This document shows, one piece after another, positions 42,729 to 56,375 of a DNA stretch of 64,000 nt. The DNA is from Octopus vulgaris (Eukaryota). The notes beneath the pieces are model-generated. The model worked only from the letters and a program-made list of their open reading frames with translations. It was not told the DNA's origin and did no database searches. Where the stretch lies: contig OX597825.1 of NCBI GenBank assembly GCA_951406725.2, forward strand, positions 15,376,001-15,440,000, read 5' to 3'. Numbering within the stretch: position 1 is the first letter of the stretch; each line of letters starts with the position of its first letter. Both the position numbers and the translations under genes were made by a program.

Positions 42729-42812
<84 letters not shown>
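42712..42812. repeat. (GATA)n microsatellite
   Basis: Directly visible in the sequence. Confidence 0.95.
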
Positions 42813-42814
<2 letters not shown>

Positions 42815-43384
42815 TAGGTAGGTAGATAATTAGGTAGATAGGTAGCTAGGTAGGTAGCTAGGTAAGTAGGTATTTCCAAATTTCGCATGAAGATTTATTG
42901 ATTCATTCATGAATTAAACAAAGAAAAAACCGTTATCATACTCGTTTGGAGATTTGAGGGAACGATAGAGACAGAGGGATTAACCTCTAATCGAGACGTT
43001 TCTGTGTTGCAATAACGATGTCGGTGCTATATTTCTAATCCTTATCAGTTTCTCAAGTCAAACTGCTTTTCACCCTTTAAACTTTCCCTCTCTTTCCTTG
43101 TCTCTCCTTTTCCCTACATTTTTTTCTTACCTCTCGATTTTTAATCTCTGTGCCTTTGTCACATGTTCTGTCTCTTTGTCACTATCTCCGCTCTCTCTCT
43201 TTCTCCATCTTTCTTTTAGTCCCTATCTCGTCGTATCCCTCTGTCTCAAACTTACATACCCTCACAAGGGGAGGAGAATGAGTGTGAGTTTGCGTGTGTG
43301 AGAGAGAGAAACACGGAAGGGCAATCATCTAGTACATACTTGGAATACTGTCGATATCAAATTTTATATCATAAAGTCATGTTA

Positions 43385-43680
43385 TTGAAAAGTCAGGATA
43401 TGTTTATCAAATTCAATGAAATATAAAAAATAATTTATTCTCAAATTGTTTCACATTTAAATTGTCCATATCTGAAAATATTCAGGTTTTATGCTCTCGG
43501 GATTGCAGTGTAATTTTATATTTTATAATTTTAGGAAAATTAACACTTCGTTTCATAAGGCGAAATACCTGAAATTTTAGGAATATATATAATTTAAAGT
43601 TTGAAACAAGAAAATAAGAAAATAAATTCCTATTTCCGTTATACTAAGGATTATTAATATTTGAAGATACGACTTTTTTA
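43385..43680. repeat. Old degenerate fold-back (MITE-like)
   Basis: ttgtttcacatttaaattg...ttcaggtt (~43446-43488) is an imperfect inverse of acctgaaa...aatttaaagtttgaaacaa (~43567-43609). Confidence 0.5.
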
Positions 43681-44660
43681 AAGCAAGTCCTTTAATATCA
43701 ACAAATATATAGATATTATATGTTTTGTATGTAATTTCTGTTGAATATAATTATTTCTCTATATTGTGACAGTTGCTAAATAACTTTAAGTGAACGGGAT
43801 TTCATTTCAGGATATAGAAATATAAATGTGAAAGAATCGCATGGCATTTAAAACGACAGATATCTTTTGGAACGTATGACATTTTATGAAGAACTTTCAA
43901 ATGCTAAGTGAAATTTAGAGAATTTCTGCACAACATTCATAGTGCAACCTCAAATCATTTGCTAGTCAATGCTCAGAACCACTGGGACAACATTAATGTT
44001 AACATACTATATGACACGCAAGAGTCAAAACATCCACACCCTGAGTCTCCCCTGAGTCTCCCCTGAGTCTCTCTTGAGTGCGAAGTAAAACGAAGACCTC
44101 ATTGAAACTATTCTTGAACGTTGTGGACGGGTGGCTCCCGTGAGTTATAAAGCAATGACGTCTGTAACTGTCAGTCAAATAATACAACTTGCTGTGGTAT
44201 ATATAAATCAGAAAGTATGTTTCCCTGAATGTATTATTTATACAGATTTCTAGAATAGAAAACTAATTCTACACAAGGATAAAACAATTAGTGTCATCGT
44301 TGTCTGAATGAATAGTTATTGTATGAATTTTCTGATGGAAGGCACGTACAATGTTTTAATGTTACTTGCACTATATTCTGTATCCTGCTAGTATTGAAAT
44401 CTGTTAACTGACCACTTCTATGATGAATACTCTTGATAGATAACAAAGTACTTTCACATTTGTTATATGTGAGACATCGAAGTATATTACCTAGAGAATT
44501 TTCTAAGGTACATCTCTCAATATATTTTACCAGAACCAGGTCTGCAGTCATCGAATTTTAACTGGTCAATAGAAATATTTACATTATCGTTGCCACTCGT
44601 GCTGGAGCGGCTGCAAAGACAAAGCTACAACAAGATATTCCCCTCCCTGTCGGTCATTTT

Positions 44661-45027
44661 CACCAACCACATGGTTCCGGGTTCAGTCCCACTGCGTGGC
44701 ATCTTGGGCAAGTGTCTTCTACTATAGCCTCGGGCCGACCAAAGCCTTGTGAGTGGATTTGGTAGACGGAAACTGATTGAAGCCCGTCGTATATATGTAT
44801 ATATATGCGTGTGTGTGTCTGTGTTTGTCCCCCTAGCATTGCCTGACAACCGATGCTGGTGTGTTTATGTCCCCGTAACTTAGCGGTTCGACAAAAGAGA
44901 CCGATAGAATAAGTACTAGGCTTACAAAGAATAAGTCCTGGGGTAGAGTTGCTCGACTAAAGGCGGTGCTCCAGCATGGCCGCAGTGAAATGACTGAAAC
45001 AAGTAAAAGAGTATTAGAGAGTAAAGA
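44661..45027 (+). mobile_element. SINE family A, slightly 5'-truncated
   Basis: accaaccacatggttccgggttcagtcc...tgactgaaacaagtaaaagagt. Confidence 0.9.
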
Positions 45028-46096
45028 GATCAAAACAGTCACATTTTGAGTGTTTCTTCCTCATGAGAGTCTACCAGGTGGTATAGTGTGAGCGAACCCC
45101 TACCATTTGAATGATTATGAAAGAGTACGGTTTTTGTAATACATCAGTGTGAAAGAAGAGAAGATACATGACAATGGGGCAGATGGAGTTACCTTAGCTA
45201 GTTAGCTAACTGGTACTCCGTCAGTTACGACAACGCGGGTTCTAGTTGATACGATTTGTAATTGTATTTGATTTCTGCGTGTGTTTCGATTCGGATATAA
45301 AACTGGTAGAAGATGCTATAATTTGTACAATCTTGTTGATTGGTCCTTCATGTTAGTTGAAGCTCATTTCCTAATGCAATGAAAGGATCCTGCAATAAAC
45401 AAACATATCACTCTTTCGTAAAACAGCAGTACTCAACTCAAAGCCCAAAGAAAAAAAGAAAATGATGATAGACCTTATTTATCCAATTTGCTAACGACTG
45501 GCATCACTAATGAAGCACCTTATGATAATTGTACAAAAAGAGCCAATTTATTAAGAATCAGATAAGTAACCTCTAAATTCCATTTATTTACCACTAATAC
45601 TACCAAATATTACCTATATCACACCAGATTTTTAAGAGCAAAAGGGAGGTTTTCTTGACTGCAAATTCATTGATCATATGTTGTTTTTTTTTCCACCTGG
45701 ACTGAGCTAGGGATAATGGAAAACAACCGATCTAACTTAGGCACTAGTAGAGATGATTTTATTAATGACTACTACATTCTCCCTATTGCCTAAATATTTA
45801 GCCCTACACATGCTCAACTCTACCAAATCCGAAGTTGCCAGGAAGTTAAATGTATTGCTCAATGATGAGCCAATACTATGGAATTTAGTTGTGTTGCAAT
45901 GCAAAGACGAGTTTCATTGACAGGAAAAGCTACTGGTCATAACCAAGAGACCTGTACAGGAGAGAATGAATTTTCCTCTTCTCAAACACGTAATGTTAAA
46001 GGAATTACTATCAACCTTACCTAAGTGTCGTGACTCAGAAAAACAGCCCCATCAACATTCTATATCGTTTTAGAATCCACTTATAGATTTTATATT

Positions 46097-46363
46097 TGTT
46101 GTGTGGACGCCCCCAGACGATAAAGTAGGCTAGCCCAATACGTAGATATAGAGGGAGAAGTCTAGACGTCGTCAGAGTCTAGAACAGGGTAGCAGTCGGA
46201 ATAGGATAGCAGAGTCGAATAGAGAGTAGTAGAGCAGAGTAGTGTTGAGTAGAAGTCATCCGAACAATACTATAACAATATTATAAAAATGTAGACTATT
46301 GTGTTCCTTTTCCCTATTTTATTATGGGTTTCTTCATATACTAAACTCACAGAAAATGCTACA
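46097..46363 (+). mobile_element. Possible solo LTR
   Basis: TGTTG...CTACA ends and a purine-rich repeated interior after a TATA-like gatataga; no clean TSD. Confidence 0.4.
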
Positions 46364-48621
46364 CATCCCAGAATTGACTCCGATGCAAGCCACTGAGAAT
46401 ATTTGATAACACAGTGCAAAATGATTATCTGCAAATAAAAGGCGTGGTGGTCACAATTGGAATATATTTAACTATATGAACCTTCGGTGTGTAAAGGTAA
46501 GAGGCTAACCAATAATAACATCAGCATCAAAATCAATGCTATTTCCTCTCAACATACGTTGCCACAACAACGTAGGATCGTAATCAATATTTTTTCTTTT
46601 CTTTATTTTTGTATTTGAAAGAGATAGGATTAGAACTATAACGTATAGAAGATCTCATTGTTGGTTAAATTAACTTGGAGAAGTGACTGGGGGCAATTTA
46701 AATAGATTTCATACCGTTTAACCTTGTTATCATAGGTAAAGACACATCACTCTACCTCTGTCAGTTTATTCTCTTTACCAGACCTAAGTTACGGTTAATT
46801 AGTTAGTAATAGAAACAGCGCTCAACTGGAAAAAAAAAACGACCATTCCAACAGAAGCTATTCAGATTTGTGTATAACGCCTAACGAACGATTGTATAAA
46901 AAATGTGTGGATGTGAAACAATGCAAAAGTTACATAATTAGTCGTGGCTTTAGGTTCCATTGTCAGATATTTATTACATTCATGATGTGTAAAATGTAGT
47001 TGGGTTTTCTTTTTTATTATAATATAGTGGCCGTTCGTAAATTCAAATAGAAATTAAGCAAAAGAGAATAAAAAATATCATGTATACATTGCAATTTGTG
47101 TACACATATAGATTAGGTTTGGAACGAAATTTCGAATTCTTTAAAGCTGTCTAGCGTTATAGATTTCTTTTTTTTTCAATGGATGATGTTTCTGTCGATT
47201 GTTGGTAGAGATGTTAGTGTTATTTTGGAATTATTTTATACAATACAACAGACAAAAAATAAACAAAGTATAACGAGTTTGTAAATTAGCTGTGCAAAAG
47301 GTTTCGCTAAAAAAACAAAAAGGAAAAGGAAAAACAAAATAGAAATTGCTTAACTCACAGTATTAGAATTTACAATGATTCATTATTGTGAGTTGCTGTT
47401 GATACTGAGAAGGGTGAGGGTTAGGGTTAAACAGTGGTTTACTTTTCCTTCTTTGTTCCTATATAAGTATCATCATCATCAACAACAGGCATCATCATCA
47501 TGATCATCACCTCGAACATCTTCATTCCCGACATCATTATCATTATCATCATCGTCGTCGTCGTTGTCGTCATCATCATCAACATCATTTATGGAATTCT
47601 ATCATCGTAGAAATTATATTTTTTGAAAATAAAAAAAAAATTGAAATCTAATAAAATCTGATTCTAAAATTTCAATTTAATATTTTTGTTACAGAATTTT
47701 CTTCCCATTTTTTTTTTCTCATTTGCTTTTCTTTTTCAATGAACAATTTTAAAGAGCGAGCTTTTTTTTTTTTATATCTCAGTAATTTTAAAATTTTTTA
47801 GAAGTTTTCCTTTGTTAAGTTTGAAGTTTATTAGCAAAGATATACGTATTGTAACAACAACAACAACAAAAACAACAGCAAACATTAAGTAGGTTGAAAA
47901 ATTCAAATGAGAGGCAGTTGATTACATGTACTTAGATAGTTTACATTGAAATTAGATATGAGATGCAAAATATACGAAACAAATAAGAGATAATAAAAAC
48001 ACAGAACAGATATGCATATTGGCAGTAGGAAATTCATCTAAATATATTACTTTTGGCAATTTCAAAGACGAAAAATGTGTAATGTGGCATTGAATATGAA
48101 TAATGCATAGAAATAACCTAACTGCATGCAAATATAAAATACATGATGAAAATAAGTATACAATAACATGAAACATATTGCATTAGTCTGATTATAAGAA
48201 ATACATTAAAATTTCAATAACCTCCGAGAATATTTCATTGGATCAGATCTACTCATGGGCATTGTTTATGCTGTTAAGCAGAACATTTTACACTATGATT
48301 CCCAGTTTATTATCTGGGGAATAAACAGAATATATAGGAATTATTGGCAAACCACATAGCTGACGTATAAGTAAAGTTCTCAAAATCTGAATGGTGAAGA
48401 ATTTTTTACTTCACTTCGAAATTCTAAACTATCAGTTGTTTAAATTACATGTTATTCTTTCTTTTTTTTTAATTTACAAGTTTAGAACTAAACTCTACCA
48501 ATAGATTTACCTACGGTGTGTTTTATGCGGTAATATAACTAGGTGTGTTTTCTATCAATCTATATATAAGTATTTATATGTTAAATTTACTGTCACTCTG
48601 TTGGTTAAGAAGATGAGGATT

Positions 48622-48915
48622 ATAGTTGATCCGATCGACGAAACAGCAATCCCTTGTAATTAACGTGCAAGCGAATGAGCATTCTAAAAGACACGCGTAC
48701 CTTTAAGATAGTTCTGATAGTTATTCGGTGTGACACAGAACGTCACGAGGCTGATTGTTTGAAATACAGGTACTACTAACTTGTGCATGTTGCGTGAACT
48801 TAGTGCAGCGTCAAATAAAGTGTCTTGCTCAAGGATACAGAGCACTGTTGGAAATCGATCTCACGACCTTACAACCGTAAGACAGGTATTCTAAGCCCTA
48901 AGCCACTGAGCCACA
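48622..48915 (-). mobile_element. Old SINE family C copy (same tail as 62315)
   Basis: gttgatccgatcgacgaaacagc...aaataaagtgtcttgctcaagg...ccactgagccac. Confidence 0.75.
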
Positions 48916-48958
48916 CTTGTTACCTGCAAGTCCTCGAACGGACACGCACGCACACACG

Positions 48959-49003
<45 letters not shown>

Positions 49004-49039
49004 CATATATGTATATATATATATACATTCATATATATG

Positions 49040-49096
<57 letters not shown>

Positions 49097-49104
<8 letters not shown>

Positions 49105-49294
49105 ATATTTCGGAATGGTCATATTGCCAGTTTAGCCAATAAAAACACACGCACTATATATTTGGTGTTATTTTGCTTCAGTGATATTTATTTTTTACAT
49201 TAATCTTAATCTTATTTCGGCCAAAGTTCTTTCGTCACACTTTCGTTTTTATTGGCTAAACTGGCAATATGACCATTCCGAAATATAACAATAT
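49097..49294. repeat. Perfect 50-bp inverted repeat with a 98-bp spacer, abutting (TA)n
   Basis: 49097-49146 is the exact reverse complement of 49245-49294. Confidence 0.95.
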
Positions 49295-49350
49295 CTGTTT
49301 CAACACACGACTTCACATAAAAAAAAATCTTGCACAACAAATATTTAAAC

Positions 49351-49393
<43 letters not shown>

Positions 49394-49633
49394 TATAGGT
49401 CTATATTATCTATCATTATCTAACAATCTACAAGTCAATCTCTTTGCTTATTTATGTGTCTGCATATCACAATTAATGCCTGTATGCACAAGAGGTAACA
49501 TAGTTATATGTCTAATGTAAGCATATATTTTCTCTCTACCTACGTAGCAATTTGTCATCATTTCTATCTACCTACATATGTAACACCACTTATGCGTCAG
49601 TCTTTCTTCCCAAGTATCTATTTATCCGTCTAT

Positions 49634-49666
<33 letters not shown>

Positions 49667-50030
49667 ACTCTGTCTCTGTTTCTCTCTCATTTTCTCTTTC
49701 TTTCTCAAACTCATAAATAGCGCCATTCTCAAGCATGCATACGGTTGTATGCGTTTGTCAGCATCTACATTTTTGTTAGATGGAGATTAATGCTTTTGTT
49801 GCTTCGTCAAACTGTGTTACAGGTAAAACAAAAACCCAAAACCGGCACTCACGTAGCGTAGCATCTTGAAAACCTGATAGAATTCTGTAATAACTTAGTG
49901 AATTAAATCTAATCATGACATTCAGCATAGTGCACATTTATTTCTAGATATGAATCACCCGCTCTCTCTTCTCTCTCGTTTTCTTTGTCTCTCTCTCTCT
50001 TTCTCTCTATTTCTCAGTCTGTATATATGT

Positions 50031-50201
<171 letters not shown>

Positions 50202-51713
50202 TATGCTAACACGTTTTTGTCTTATGTTACCCATTCTATTGCTGAAATATCGATTTATGTATTCATACGCAATAATCGTGTGTGCGTGCGTGCGTGCGTG
50301 AGTTTTTGTGTGTGTATGTGTATCCATGCATGAATATGCATGTATGCATGTATATGCACAGGTTAATAATCTGCTGGATCTATCAATATATTGATGTAAT
50401 TTTTTCCATATTGCAGCTTAAAAACTTTGATAATTAATCTCTATTCGACATATAATCCTTCATTCCCAACATACACACAGAACTAATATTTGAGGACACG
50501 GCATAAATTTGATAATACCAATCCCAGTCCGTCACACTGACTGAATATATTGACCGTAGACAAAGCAAGATTCGAAATGAAACGTCAACAGGCGTAACCA
50601 TATATAGCATGGCATTTTTTAAACTGTTCTACGGATCTAAACATCTAAAGCCCGGTGTTATCAAAAGATATTATCAAAACAAAGATTGAGTCAGTACAAC
50701 AGAAGAATTTTCTGTATCACTGAAGTTTAAGTAAAGGTAATTGGCATCAGAATGCCAAATGTTGCAAATTGAAGTTCATTAAAGTTATATTTGAAGTTAT
50801 CATGTAAGTCACCAATTATAGAAATGGTGACTGGCCAGCATTTCCTGCAATGTGTTTGATTGATATATTTCTTTCTTTCTCTCTTTTTTTTTTCTTTCTG
50901 AAAGTTAAAACTCAGTGATGATAAAACATAATGGTTTAGGAATAATTTTGCTTGACCATAGATTCTTAACAAAAACAGAACAAAAATAGAATTTTTGTGA
51001 AAGAATTATGACCAATGAAGTGGTGTTGGAAGTTTGGGTGGGGTTGTTCACTTATGATATATGGGAAGAGGAGGCCAGATTAAAACTCAATTTTCCAGTC
51101 GCCAACATAATGCCAAACAATAGATGAAACAGAATATAGTAATGTTTTATACAACCCTTTTATGTTTAAGCATTAAAGTTATTCTATTTTCCTTCCACAT
51201 TGTTCTTCTCATACCATTCAATATCTACTAGAATTTGCTCTTTGATTTTCGACAAAATTATAACCTTCGGATATCAGATAGCTTTCATAATTTTTTAGCC
51301 ATTCTGTTTTTGTTTGTTGTTCTTCTTGTTTTTCTTAAGCCTTCTCTCTTTTGTCTGCGAATGAAAATTGAAATGATTTTTTTTTTTACTCTCATAAAAA
51401 TAGCCAAAACAATTTATTTTATTTTATTCTTTATCTATCTTCGCTGTGTACTTATTTCGTCGAAATCATCAATTCTGTATATCTGAGTGTCATGCGCTAT
51501 AGATTATGCATCTCTAGGTATGAATCTGTGCGTGTATACATATATGTGGGTTTGTGTGTGTGTGCGTGTGTGTATGTATGTGTGAGTATATATGTGTGTG
51601 TATGTGTGCGTGTGTATGTGTGTGTGTGTGTATGTGTTTGAATGGTACGATATATTTTATTTATTCCTTGTAAAATCTATTGTTGCAAATATGAAATTTT
51701 GCATGCATGCGCC

Positions 51714-51755
<42 letters not shown>

Positions 51756-51828
51756 ATGTGAGTGTGTGTACATATATATATATACATACATATCATATAT
51801 ACACATGCATATATGATATATAGATATG

Positions 51829-51949
<121 letters not shown>

Positions 51950-51985
51950 ATGTATATAAATATATATATATATATATGTATAAAA

Positions 51986-52020
<35 letters not shown>

Positions 52021-52159
52021 CATATATGTATATATGCATCCATATATAATATATAGATATGTATATGTGTGTGTGTGTGTATGTGTAGGTATAAATATGT
52101 GTGGAAATAGTGTATGCATATATTGTTCATCCCCATATTCTTACATAGCTATTTCTATA

Positions 52160-53100
52160 ATGACCAATGAATTATCACGAATACTGTATTCTACTGAATA
52201 GGTTCCATAAATGTTCGATTCTCACCAAGAATGTCCTTCCTCCGAAAAATTGGTAACGGTCTTGTGGAAGGTATGAGAGCACAGTATTGCAGAGAAACTC
52301 CACTAGCCTCCCTGTACTATTATTTGTCATATTTTCGCGACATCTTTTCCTATATTTGTTCAACAATTTTTATGAGATATTTTGGATCATGCACGCGTTG
52401 GTTTCTCTATAAGGTAATTCTTACTTCAAGATATAGAATGCAACGTATCACACTATGAAATATGCCATCTGATTCTCTAGTTTATGAAAACATAACAAAA
52501 CTAGCATCTGTTTGTGATATCGCTTTTTATCTTTTTGCAGGTTTGATAAACAAATTTCATTAGGGTTGTATGATATTCTGAACATGACCGCATAAGCCTC
52601 AGTGCTTAATTGGGTCAATGCTGGCATCAGATCCACGATTAGAGCGAGGGCTCCTAATAGCAGATCAATAGCAGAATAACTATATAGCTCTCTGTGCGTC
52701 GATCCACATTTTTGTTTCTGATCATTTCCTTTTCCGAATGCTCTACTCCAGAGTACTACGCCACATTGAATGATCATGGCGAGGTGTCCCCATTTATATC
52801 TTTTTAAGTTTAATTATTTAACGCCTTTTTGAGAGTGACATCCCTTTGGTTCAAGTAATCTATAGTTCAATAATCCTTCATCAAATAAAATCTGTTGCGT
52901 AGGTCTAGAGTAGAGTATATGCACTACATTCCAAATCCACCGTAGTTGGAATCTGCTTAGAGAGGCATAATGCCTTGATATATTAGCTTTTCTTTTTTAG
53001 CACAGCAGTGTTAAAGATGTGATCTTATCACGTGAAGCAGGGAATTTTGCTGATACGTTAGGTGAAAGTAATTAAGTTTCTTCATGTGCATTTGGTAAAC
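52160..53100 (-). mobile_element. Highly decayed CR1-like LINE ORF2 3' region
   Basis: Minus-strand IQCGVVLWS and RTFLVRIEHLWNL resemble CR1 LEYCSVVWSP and RNFFSVRVVNLWNSL, in the correct order. Confidence 0.45.
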
Positions 53101-53597
53101 TATCCACAATCTCAACACATGCACGTATCCAACAAGTCTAAGTTTGTGCTAGAACTAAAGCCGAAAAGTGCATCTTAATCTTAACTGAGGCTTAAATTAC
53201 AAATTACAGTCGCTGAGAATGACCTAAAATATTTCAGCTGCTCATCACAGACAAACAATCAGAAGACATGTAAGATGATGTTCTAACGATAAAAATTGAG
53301 AATACACAAGAATCGAAAGATGTGTCATAATTGTTTACACCTGACATACCATGACATATATTTAGTAAAGCAAAGTACGAATTTACACAATCGAATGAAA
53401 CCATTCTTGTCAGTACATCTCGATATCAGAACAACCATACTTGACATTTAAAGACTGAAATAAATAGGTAAATAAGTTAATCAAATCTAAATCTAACTCT
53501 TTTATATGTTGTCTCTTTTTCAATAAAACATAAAAATTTGTAGGAAGAAATAGACCGTGTAACCTATTTAGGATTTTATGTAAACAACATCCAAAGG

Positions 53598-53807
53598 AGA
53601 AGAAGAAGAAGAAGAAGAAGAAGAAGAAGAAGAAGAAGAAGAAGAAGAAGAAGAATAGGAAGAAGAAGAAGAAGAAGAAGAAGAAGAAAAAGAAGAAGAA
53701 GAAGAAGAAGAAGAAGAAGAAGAAGAAGAAGAAGAAGAAGAAGAAGAAGAAGAAGAAGAAGAAGAAGAAGAAGAAGAAGAAGAAGAAGAAGAAGAAGAAG
53801 AAGAAGA
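53598..53807. repeat. (GAA)n tract, ~210 bp
   Basis: Directly visible; two interruptions. Confidence 0.97.
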
Positions 53808-54103
53808 GTTTTGGCCACTGATGCCCAAAAGTTTAAGGACAATAAAATAATGATAATGGGAATTTGCATCGAGGAAAATATTAAATAACATAGGTAACTA
53901 AAGATAACAATAAAAGCCAAACGACGGAAAAGCTCTAATTGGGCGATAACACGATTTAGGGGTGATCCCGAAACCTGTAAAAAAATACTCGACATTATAT
54001 TTAGTACGTCATATGTAAACAAACATAAGTTTGTTTTTGAAGCGTAGAAATGTATTGTAGAACAAGTAGGAAGGTATATGTTCAAGGCGTAGATACTGAA
54101 CAG

Positions 54104-54182
<79 letters not shown>

Positions 54183-54184
<2 letters not shown>

Positions 54185-54488
54185 TTCTATTCCTGGGCGT
54201 TATAGTAATACATCTGTTTGTATTGTACACCGCCTGTCTTCGTCTTTTGTTTTTTTTTTCGTAAACTCTCGATCTCTTGAGCACCACCAGCAAAAATATT
54301 TTATTCCTCTGTCTTCCCGGCTTGGGATCTTTCCTTCTCCTTTGTTTCCGACGAAGAGCTCCGCTCGAAACGTCAAACCCTCCTTCCCTTCTTTCCTGAG
54401 CGTCAAATAATACTTTAATTGTTCCACGTCCTCGCGTTGCTGTGTTTTTTTGGGGGTTTTTTCTGTGTTTTCTTCTTTGGATTAACTA
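54183..54488 (+). mobile_element. Hammerhead cassette, copy 3: tail of one subfamily fused upstream of a unit of the other
   Basis: ttcctgggcgtt (54190) and ttcctgagcgtc (54393) form a partial direct repeat flanking the hammerhead; (TA)n on the left and (TA)/(TG)n on the right. Confidence 0.7.
54344..54378 (+). ncRNA. Minimal hammerhead motif with a GUC triplet
   Basis: gttt-CCGACGA-a-gagc-tcc-gctc-GAAA-cGTC-aaac; stem I gttt/aaac; ACGT palindrome at stem III. Confidence 0.65.
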
Positions 54489-54499
54489 TATATATGTGT

Positions 54500-54544
<45 letters not shown>

Positions 54545-54546
<2 letters not shown>

Positions 54547-54770
54547 CAATAATAATAAAGTGTAAAATTAATTAATCAATTAATAATTAATAATTTTACC
54601 AAGTAGTTCGGTATGTTAAAAGAACCATTATCAGTAACCTTATACAAAAATTCGATAATTATAAGCATAATTATAATTAGGGTTCAGCAAAAAATTGCTT
54701 CTCCGCATACCGAAATTTAGAAATAGCAGTTAAATACTATTCCACTACCGTAAGATATCTCCCAGACAGT
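54545..54770. repeat. Unfolded copy of the repeat family seen at 1040-1245
   Basis: aagtagttcggtatgttaaaagaaccattatc...ataattagggttcagcaa...cataccgaaat; microsatellite on both sides. Confidence 0.75.
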
Positions 54771-54800
54771 ATATATATATATATGTGCGTGTGGTGGGTG

Positions 54801-55219
54801 TTTACTCTGTTTTACTCTGTTTTACTTGTTTCAGTCATTTGACTGCGGCCATGCTAGAGCACCGCCTTTAATCGAGCAACTCGACCCCGGGACGTATTCT
54901 TTTGTAAGCCCAGTACTTATTCTATCGGTCCTTTTGCCGAACCGCTAAGTAACGGGGACATAAACACACCAGCACCGGTTGTCAAGCAATGCTAGGGGGA
55001 CAAACACGGACACACACACACACACACACGCATATATATATATATACATATATACGACGGGCTTCTTTCAGTTTCCGTCTACCAAATCCACTCACAAGGC
55101 TTTGGTCGAAGACACTTGCTATAGTAGAAGACACTAGCCCAAAGTGCCTCGCAGTGAGACTGGATCCGGAACCATGTGGTTGGTAAACAAGCTACTTACC
55201 ACACAGCCACTCCTGCGCC
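54801..55219 (-). mobile_element. SINE family A, full length
   Basis: Reverse complement of 21777-22197. Confidence 0.92.
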
Positions 55220-55419
55220 TATATGTATGTATACTGTCCAGTCTTTACGCGTTGAAAATATATCTTTCTACTTGTTCGATGATATTTAGTGTTTAGAACA
55301 GTAAACACAAGCAATACTTATGACTCGTAATATAAACAGAGTGGAAGGAGTATTTCAGGATATTAACTATTACCAGATTACTCTCTTCAGGCAAATTGCA
55401 GATAAAATGCTAACAGAGG

Positions 55420-56375
55420 AAATGAAAAGACATGTGGTCATTCCTGTTACATAATAGCGGGAAACAGCAATTAAGAAATTGTCAACTTACAAGATCGTTT
55501 CTACACACAGTTCGGAGGAAATTGGAAGCCTGCAAGGTGGAATATTTCAAATGATTAAAGATGACAGAAGTACACTCTCTAAACGGTCGAACACTAAATG
55601 CATTCATGATACACACGGCGGATTCAAAACATTATCGACAATGATACCGAAAAACCAATGTTGGTAATCGCCAAAGAACTTTGGTGTTAGAGCGGACTAT
55701 GAGAACTGTGATGAATGAAGGCATTCGATAAAAGTCTTATGTACTGACAAAGCAATTGGAAACACACACGAAAACCGTTTCACACGTGCCATGCAGTTAC
55801 TTCATAAGCTTAAATCCGCCTCGTGAACGTGGCACGATTTGGTTCTTCTCTTACAAGAAAACCTGTGACGAAGACCAATAGCCTAACAGAAGTGACAGCT
55901 GGTTATGTGCCGACTCTTCTGATATTTTCACAGAAACACACGCTGCGTTTCTATCAACGGTGACAGTTTTAAGGGTGGCGATCAACGACGCTTATGTCAT
56001 TCCACTACACATCCTTCCACAAGATCTTAGAATTAGTGATACTGGATACGCTGAGGGGCTAATGATTGTTGTTAAAACCTGGATGGATGAAGTATAGAGT
56101 TTAAGTTCATATGTGGTTCAACATAATTTAGCACTTTTTCACAAAGGCCACCTAACTCAAGAATAGATGTTAGTCAATCTCCACGATCTTGTAACACCAT
56201 TTCGGGTGTTGTTGAACGTGAGAATAATCAACATGCTCAGAATACGGTAGCTTCACTGATGACCGCCATTTACAAGGTGTTTCCCTACAAGTTTAATGAT
56301 CATGTAGTGCAGGCATAACGATTTCGATCCCGCATTAAAGAAGTCACCGAAGCTGAAGCCAGCATCGTGGATTAA
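55420..56375 (+). pseudogene. DD37D/maT-type Tc1-mariner transposase pseudogene
   Basis: Hand translation gives IWFFSYKK..DQ.PNRSDSWLCAD, VIPLHILPQDLRI, VVKTWMDEV, YVVQHNLA, GVVERENNQHAQNTVASL and RFRSRIKEVTEAE. Catalytic Asp codons are mutated and the WPPxSPD block is missing. Confidence 0.8.

Noticed and set aside
44294-44551. 85-aa minus ORF
   Set aside because: No domain signature; the length is compatible with chance.
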